Positions 59,148 to 64,000 of a stretch of DNA of 64,000 nt are shown here, piece after piece; position 1 is the stretch's first letter, and every line of letters starts with the position of its first letter. The notes beneath the pieces are model-generated. The model was not told where the DNA came from. It saw nothing but the letters and a program-made list of their open reading frames with translations, and did not search any database. Source of the DNA: an uncultured Eubacteriales bacterium (lineage in GTDB: Bacteria > Bacillota > Clostridia > Oscillospirales > Acutalibacteraceae); NCBI GenBank assembly GCA_964607025.1, contig CAZSIL010000007.1:1935-65934 (forward strand). Direction: 5' to 3'. Made by a program: the position numbers and the translations under genes.

Positions 59148-60086
59148 TTAAAACGTCGCAACCGGTTCCTCGGGTGCATCGGTCACAACCACCGAAATTA
59201 CGTTAAGAACAGGGCCTACTTTGCCGTACATTTTGTGCTTTTCTAAATTCAAAACGGCATCAATTTTAATCCACTGCTTATTTTGAAGCATTGCACTACC
59301 CTTATAATTACAAGCAAGTCCTGCAAACTGTATATCATCCACACAGCAGGTCATAACAGGTCTGCCTATTACAAAACTTCCATCGGGCACGGATTCGGCC
59401 TTTGCTACCATACCCTTAAATTTTATTTGTTTACCGTTGTATTTTTCTAACTCTTCTGTTAAATCACGATACCAGAGCGCATAGTCCATATCACCAATTT
59501 CAATAATTGGAGCGTTGACATCAAACGGCAACGGGTCTTCAATATTATCAAATTCAACGTCACCCGATACGCGCTCATATGCAATATTTGCCTTACGATT
59601 TATACCGCGTACTATTTTGTGAAGCGCCATTTTATCAACCGCATCGGTAAAACGATTAAAGATTACAATTTCACAGGTGGTAAGTTTATCCACAACCAGT
59701 GAGCGTATATTCGAGTTAAAATTTATAAACGTTGCAGCATCGGCAAACATAAACTCCTGAGCAATAATCCATTTTTTCGGCATGTTTTGGAACAAGCTTT
59801 GAAGCTGCCACATGCCGTTATATTCGACAATAACGCGCTCCGCTTTGTATTGGTGGCGTAATTTTTCAAGATTATCAGCTGTTAAATCGCTTTCTTCTTC
59901 GATAAGTTCAATAAAGATATTCTCACCCGAAAAAGCAGAAGGGTTGTATTCTTCTATACCTTCTTCGCACAAAAGCAACAACGTTCTTTCACCGTTATTA
60001 AAGCGCTTATCGGTAAGTGTTTCTTGAATAAATTTAGTTTTTCCCGACTCCAAAAATCCTGTAAAAAGATATACCGGTATATCCAT
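59148..60086 (-). CDS. Fusion protein: divergent G3E (CobW-like) P-loop domain lacking CXCC, plus a DUF1980/TIM-unrelated CC-motif C-terminal domain (TIGR03943-like)
   Basis: The N-terminus VYLFTGFLESGKTKF has a Walker A motif. CEEGIEEY and NRFTD occupy the positions of the CobW ENEFGE and NKxD motifs. The C-terminal GRPVMTCCVDDIQFAGL resembles the CCxxD motif of DUF1980 proteins. Confidence 0.6.
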   Translation of the reverse strand: MDIPVYLFTGFLESGKTKFIQETLTDKRFNNGERTLLLLCEEGIEEYNPSAFSGENIFIELIEEESDLTADNLEKLRHQYKAERVIVEYNGMWQLQSLFQNMPKKWIIAQEFMFADAATFINFNSNIRSLVVDKLTTCEIVIFNRFTDAVDKMALHKIVRGINRKANIAYERVSGDVEFDNIEDPLPFDVNAPIIEIGDMDYALWYRDLTEELEKYNGKQIKFKGMVAKAESVPDGSFVIGRPVMTCCVDDIQFAGLACNYKGSAMLQNKQWIKIDAVLNLEKHKMYGKVGPVLNVISVVVTDAPEEPVATF

Positions 60087-60095
60087 TATTATCTC

Positions 60096-61172
60096 CTAAA
60101 TATTAAATAATTCCGTCAATGATTGTTCATTGATTTGAGAGCCGATTACACAAATTCGGCCGATAACCTCAGCAGTACCGCCACGAATTTCTTTTTCTCC
60201 GGGCACATAATCAAACTGCACCCATCCTTCGTCCGTAGTTTCGATGATACCTTTTGCGCGAAGAACGGTACCGTATTTATCACTATTACCAAGAGCATCT
60301 AAAATATCGCTAATTTCAGCAAGTGTATACTTTTTAGTTGTCTCTTTGCCCCAGCTCGTAAATACGTCATCGGCGTGATGGTGATGATGCTCGTGATGAT
60401 GTTCGTGACAATGACACTCTTCGCCGTGTTCGTGATGGTGATGCTCATGATGATGCTCGTGACAATGGCACTCTTCGCCGTGTTCGTGATGGTGATGCTC
60501 ATGATGATGTTCGTGACAATGACACTCTTCGCCGTGTTCGTGATGGTGATGCAATTCTTCAATATCACTATGAATAGTATTCTTATGTTCCATCGTATCG
60601 AGAATTTGTTTGCCTGAGAGCAAATCCCAATCGGTAGTGATTATGGTTGCTTTCTCGTTTTTTGCTTTTAATAAATGCAGCGCCGTATGCAGTTTTTCTT
60701 GCTCAATATTTTTCGTTCTGCTTAATATGATGCAATTCGCGTGTGCAACCTGATTTTCAAAAAACTCACCGAAGTTTTTCATATACATCTTGCATTTTGT
60801 AGCATCAACCACCGCCGTAAAACTATTAAGAGAAATGTTATCTACATCCAGTTTTTTAACGGCTTTAATCACGTCACTTAATTTGCCAACACCAGATGGC
60901 TCGATAATAACGCGGTCTGGTGAATAGTCTACCAAAACTTTTTTTAATGCGGCACCAAAATCCCCTACAAGACTGCAACAAATACAGCCCGAATTCATTT
61001 CTGTAATATTAATTCCCGCATCCGATAAAAAACCGCCGTCTATACCTATTTCACCGAACTCATTTTCAATTAAAACTATTTTTTCACCGGAAAACGCTTC
61101 CTTAATTAATTTCTTAATAAGTGTAGTTTTACCAGCGCCTAAAAATCCGGAAACTATATCAATTTTTGTCAT
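60096..61172 (-). CDS. COG0523/CobW-family metal-chaperone GTPase with a His/Cys-rich repeat insert
   Basis: GFLGAGKTTLI (Walker A), ENEFGEIGID, GCICCS (CXCC), IEPSGV and SRTK motifs. The CobW C-terminal domain is separated by (EHGEECHCHEHHHEHHHH)x3. Confidence 0.85.
   Translation of the reverse strand: MTKIDIVSGFLGAGKTTLIKKLIKEAFSGEKIVLIENEFGEIGIDGGFLSDAGINITEMNSGCICCSLVGDFGAALKKVLVDYSPDRVIIEPSGVGKLSDVIKAVKKLDVDNISLNSFTAVVDATKCKMYMKNFGEFFENQVAHANCIILSRTKNIEQEKLHTALHLLKAKNEKATIITTDWDLLSGKQILDTMEHKNTIHSDIEELHHHHEHGEECHCHEHHHEHHHHEHGEECHCHEHHHEHHHHEHGEECHCHEHHHEHHHHHADDVFTSWGKETTKKYTLAEISDILDALGNSDKYGTVLRAKGIIETTDEGWVQFDYVPGEKEIRGGTAEVIGRICVIGSQINEQSLTELFNI
60374..60550. repeat. Three tandem 54-57-bp coding repeats (His/Cys-rich linker)
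   Basis: Units start at 60374 (57 bp), 60431 and 60485 (54 bp each), and a fourth, truncated unit starts at 60539. The two 54-bp units differ at 2 positions. Confidence 0.9.
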
Positions 61173-61195
61173 ATTATTCTTCCTTTATATAATAA

Positions 61196-61239
61196 AATAC
61201 CTACTGTGAAATTTTATCACAGTAGGTATTCTTTGTCAA
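61196..61239 (-). promoter_or_regulatory. Perfect 14-bp inverted repeat (serA terminator and/or operator) interlocked with a consensus-like promoter for the COG0523 pair
   Basis: AATACCTACTGTGA-N7-TCACAGTAGGTATT spans 61196-61230. Minus strand reads TTGACA (61239-61234), 17 bp, TAAAAT (61216-61211), so the -10 hexamer lies within the 7-nt loop. Confidence 0.55.
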
Positions 61240-61246
61240 CGGGCAA

Positions 61247-62410
61247 CTAAATAATTCTAACACGAATTACACCGTCAATTTTAGCGATTTTTTCATAAAT
61301 TGCATCGTAATCAGCTTCACTTATATCAAGTATGGTATAGGCAAAATCTCCACGCGCTTTATTAAGAAGATTTTCGATATTAACGTTATTTTCAGCAACC
61401 GCTGAAGTAATTGCTGTAAGCATATTAGGGATGTTTTTATGCATAATGCATACACGCTTATCAGTTGCTCTGGGAGCTGAAACCGCAGGGAAATTAACCG
61501 AGTTTTCGATATTGCCGTTTTCGATATAATCGATAAGCTCCTTAGCTGCCATTGTAGCGCAGTTGTCTTCCGATTCGGGAGTGGATGCGCCAAGGTGCGG
61601 AATACAAATTGCACCGTTGATGCCAAGAATCTCATCTGTCGGGAAATCGGTAACGTAGGAAGCCACCTTGCCCGATTCGAGAGCAATAATCATATCGGCA
61701 GAATTAACAAGGTCGGCACGTGAAAAGTTAAGAATTCGAACCCCGTCCTTCATTTGTTTGATAGCGTCAGCATCAACAAAACCCTTTGTATCAGGCGTTA
61801 ATGGAACGTGGATAGAAATATAATCGCAATTTTCATATATTTCCTTTAAATCGTTTGCGCGCATAGCATAATGCGTTAAGTTCCAAGCGGATTTAAGGGA
61901 TAAGTATGGGTCATAGCCGTAAACCTTCATACCGAGCGAATTAGCAGCGTTAGCAACCAAAACACCGATGGCACCAAGACCGATTATACCGAGCTTTTTA
62001 CCCTTAATTTCAGGACCGACAAATGCACCTTTACCTTTTTCAACCATTTTGCCAACGTTATCACCGTTGCCTTTAAGAGTTTTTGCCCACTCAATAGCAG
62101 GGATAATTCTACGAGATGCTAAAAGCAAACCTGCAACTGCTAACTCTTTTACCGCATTAGCATTAGCACCGGGAGTGTTAAATACAACTATACCTTCTGA
62201 CGCACATCTGTCAGTGGGGATATTATTTGTACCAGCACCTGCACGTGCAATTGCTAAAAGAGATTCTGGGAACTCCACATCATGTAAAGCCGCAGAACGA
62301 ACAATAGCACCAACGGGATTTTCTACATCGTCACCAATAGTATAGTTTGCTTCATTAAACTCATTAAGTCCGATCTCGGAAATTTTGTTATATGTTTTAA
62401 TGTTATACAT
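61247..62410 (-). CDS. serA: D-3-phosphoglycerate dehydrogenase
   Basis: 2-hydroxyacid dehydrogenase core (GIIGLGAIG) with a C-terminal ACT-like domain, downstream of serC. Confidence 0.9.
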   Translation of the reverse strand: MYNIKTYNKISEIGLNEFNEANYTIGDDVENPVGAIVRSAALHDVEFPESLLAIARAGAGTNNIPTDRCASEGIVVFNTPGANANAVKELAVAGLLLASRRIIPAIEWAKTLKGNGDNVGKMVEKGKGAFVGPEIKGKKLGIIGLGAIGVLVANAANSLGMKVYGYDPYLSLKSAWNLTHYAMRANDLKEIYENCDYISIHVPLTPDTKGFVDADAIKQMKDGVRILNFSRADLVNSADMIIALESGKVASYVTDFPTDEILGINGAICIPHLGASTPESEDNCATMAAKELIDYIENGNIENSVNFPAVSAPRATDKRVCIMHKNIPNMLTAITSAVAENNVNIENLLNKARGDFAYTILDISEADYDAIYEKIAKIDGVIRVRII

Positions 62411-63492
62411 TACGCATTCTCCTTCTCAAACTTCTCCATAAACTCTACAAGCTTCTCTACGCCTTCAATCGGCATTGCATTGTAGATAGAAGCTCTCATA
62501 CCACCAACCGAGCGGTGACCTTTAAGGTTTACAAAGCCCGCTGCTGCGGCCTCTTTAACAAACTTAGCATCAAGTTCGTCATTACCCGTTACAAATGGTA
62601 CGTTCATAAGAGAACGGTCCTCTTTAACAACGGTGCCCTTGAAAAGTTTGCTGTTATCAAGGAAATCGTAAAGAATCGCGGCCTTTTTCTTATTGATTTC
62701 AGCCATCTTCTCAAGACCGCCTAATTTCTTAATCCATTTAAATGTAAGACCTGCAACGTAAATTGTGTAGCAAGGCGGAGTGTTGAACATAGAGCCGTTT
62801 TCAGCGTGTGTTACGTAGTTTAACATTGTGGGTGTAATATCCATCGCATTGCCAAGCAAATCTTTTCTAACAATTACGATTGTAAGACCTGCAGGAGCAA
62901 CGTTTTTCTGTGCACCCGCATATAAAAGACCAAACTTTGCAACGTCAATCGGTTCGGACAAAATGCAGGAAGAAATATCAGCCACAAGCGGAACGTCACC
63001 CGTATCAGGCAGTTCGTTCCATTTGGTGCCGTAAATTGTATTATTCATACAAATGTGGAAATAGTCAGCATCGGGTGTAAAATCATCTTTGTTAAGTTTT
63101 GGAATATAGGAATAGGTTTTATCGGCGGAAGATGCTATCGCCTTTGCTTCACCATAGCGAGCGGCTTCCTTATATGCCTTGTTTGCCCACTGACCCGTTA
63201 TTACAAAGTCGGCTTTCTTATTCTTGTTCATAAGATTCATAGGGATCATTGCAAACTGTGTTGATGCACCGCCCTGCAAGAAAAGAACCTCGTAATCCTC
63301 GGGTATATTCATTATATCACGTAAATCCGCCTCGGCAGTTTTGATAATTGCATCGTAAGTTTTAGAACGGTGGGACATTTCCATAACTGACTGACCGCTA
63401 TCGCCATACTCCAACATTTCTTTTGCAGCAGTTTCAAGAACTTCCAAAGGAAGCATAGAAGGACCTGCACTAAAATTATAAACTCTTGCCAT
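62410..63492 (-). CDS. serC: Phosphoserine aminotransferase
   Basis: YNFSAGPSMLP N-terminus. ATG at 63492 with a GGAGG RBS. The stop overlaps the serA start by 1 nt. Confidence 0.95.
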   Translation of the reverse strand: MARVYNFSAGPSMLPLEVLETAAKEMLEYGDSGQSVMEMSHRSKTYDAIIKTAEADLRDIMNIPEDYEVLFLQGGASTQFAMIPMNLMNKNKKADFVITGQWANKAYKEAARYGEAKAIASSADKTYSYIPKLNKDDFTPDADYFHICMNNTIYGTKWNELPDTGDVPLVADISSCILSEPIDVAKFGLLYAGAQKNVAPAGLTIVIVRKDLLGNAMDITPTMLNYVTHAENGSMFNTPPCYTIYVAGLTFKWIKKLGGLEKMAEINKKKAAILYDFLDNSKLFKGTVVKEDRSLMNVPFVTGNDELDAKFVKEAAAAGFVNLKGHRSVGGMRASIYNAMPIEGVEKLVEFMEKFEKENA

Positions 63493-63521
63493 AATAATAA
63501 CCTCCAAAAGCAATTTTTATC

Positions 63522-63550
63522 ATTATATACATTAATTTCAAAAAGGTCAA
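63522..63550 (-). promoter_or_regulatory. Sigma-A promoter for serC-serA
   Basis: Minus strand reads TTGACC (63550-63545), 17 bp, TATAAT (63527-63522). Confidence 0.5.
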
Positions 63551-63716
63551 TAGGTTTGTTAAAATATTATCAATATTTTTTAATTTTTTTCTTTATGCGA
63601 AATAAATATTGTTATTAATTTAACAATATAATTGATTATATGATAAATTTTATATGCCACCACTTTAGAACCCAAGGGGACGGTTTTCTTGTGTTTTCAA
63701 AATCCATTACTGCTAA

Positions 63717-63746
63717 GAGGGACACAAGCATTAACTTGTGTCCCTT
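63717..63746 (-). other. Stem-loop after spoVAD (possible terminator, weak U tract)
   Basis: GAGGGACACAAG-cattaa-CTTGTGTCCCTT. Confidence 0.4.
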
Positions 63747-63749
63747 CTA

Positions 63750-64000
63750 TTATATCGATTTTAAGTTTATCAGGTGTGCGACTGACGGGATGGTTTCGCC
63801 CTGCATAACCGAGGTTGGAGAAAGTAGCGCTCCCGTGGCACAAAACAAAATATTTTTGTACTCCCCTGCTTCCAGTTTTTTTAGAACATAACCAGTCAAC
63901 ACCGATGCCGAGCATCCGCAACCCGATGCCCCCGCGTGAACGTCTTGTTTTTCAATATCAAAAATCATCAAGCCGCAGTCTTTATGATTTTTTCGTATGT
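63750..64000 (-). CDS. spoVAD: Stage V sporulation protein AD, C-terminal part (gene continues beyond the window)
   Basis: ...HAGASGCGCSASVLTGYVLKKLEAGEYKNILFCATGALLSPTSVMQGETIPSVAHLI matches the SpoVAD C-terminus (GGSGCGCSA...ATGALLSP...GESIP). The frame is open to nt 64000. Confidence 0.85.
   Translation of the reverse strand, partial: IRKNHKDCGLMIFDIEKQDVHAGASGCGCSASVLTGYVLKKLEAGEYKNILFCATGALLSPTSVMQGETIPSVAHLINLKSI

Noticed and set aside
60374-60550. Regular short repeats that might be a CRISPR array
   Set aside because: The units are directly tandem with no spacers. They are in frame inside a COG0523 gene and encode a His/Cys-rich peptide. No cas genes are in the window.
60299-60617. 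Alternative-frame ORFs through the His-repeat region (60299-60568 minus, 60375-60617 plus)
   Set aside because: They are shadow frames of the repeat, with monotonous MVM/ITN-type translations. They lie fully inside a well-supported CDS and have no RBS.
61196-61230. Zur box in front of the COG0523 operon
   Set aside because: The palindrome AATACCTACTGTGA/TCACAGTAGGTATT shares no core with the Firmicute Zur consensus as I recall it. I kept it as an unassigned operator/terminator candidate instead.

Overview
This window looks like core chromosome from a low-GC, endospore-forming Firmicute (Clostridia-like), not an accessory island. All calls rest on reading the translations and DNA for motifs; no homology search was run. 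I call 64 protein genes, 56 of them on the minus strand, plus one tRNA and two riboswitches.

Main blocks, left to right:
- gerA-type germinant receptor operon (order A-C-B), spo0A, and a type III glutamine synthetase.
- Serine hydrolase and an ABC-F ATPase.
- Four-gene Na+-translocating biotin decarboxylase operon.
- Complete argGHCJBDF operon with a consensus promoter and candidate ARG boxes.
- MFS transporter and LacI-family regulator pair.
- spoIVB, ylmC/ymxH, sigG.
- Translationally coupled ftsE-ftsX-M23 peptidase-VanZ-coiled-coil operon behind a CdaR/PucR-type regulator.
- MsmK-like ATPase, rsuA, ispDF, efp, aroQ, yqeG, rpsU (58 aa, absent from the ORF track) and ptsH.
- ylxM-ffh-rpsP-KH-rimM-trmD.
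- Orphan family-5 solute-binding lipoprotein, murC, cca, dpaAB, addBA and a bofA-like gene.
- tRNA-Pro(GGG), then metK behind a SAM-I riboswitch and ribU behind an FMN riboswitch.
- A COG0523 pair, serA-serC, and the 3' end of spoVAD.

I see no CRISPR array, integrase, transposase, toxin-antitoxin pair or recognisable defence system.

The observations most worth a second look:
1. A perfect 67-bp duplication of the tRNA-Pro 3' half plus its terminator, flanking a GC-rich 147-bp insert. It looks like an att-type scar or a miniature element.
2. A two-gene metal-chaperone-like module. One gene is a COG0523 GTPase carrying a recently expanded 54-bp His/Cys-rich tandem repeat. The other fuses a CXCC-less G3E domain to a DUF1980-like CC-motif domain. 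A perfect 14-bp inverted repeat straddles the module's -10 element.
3. An extremely acidic zinc-ribbon protein with a (Asp-Cys)n tail.

None of these is proven novel.
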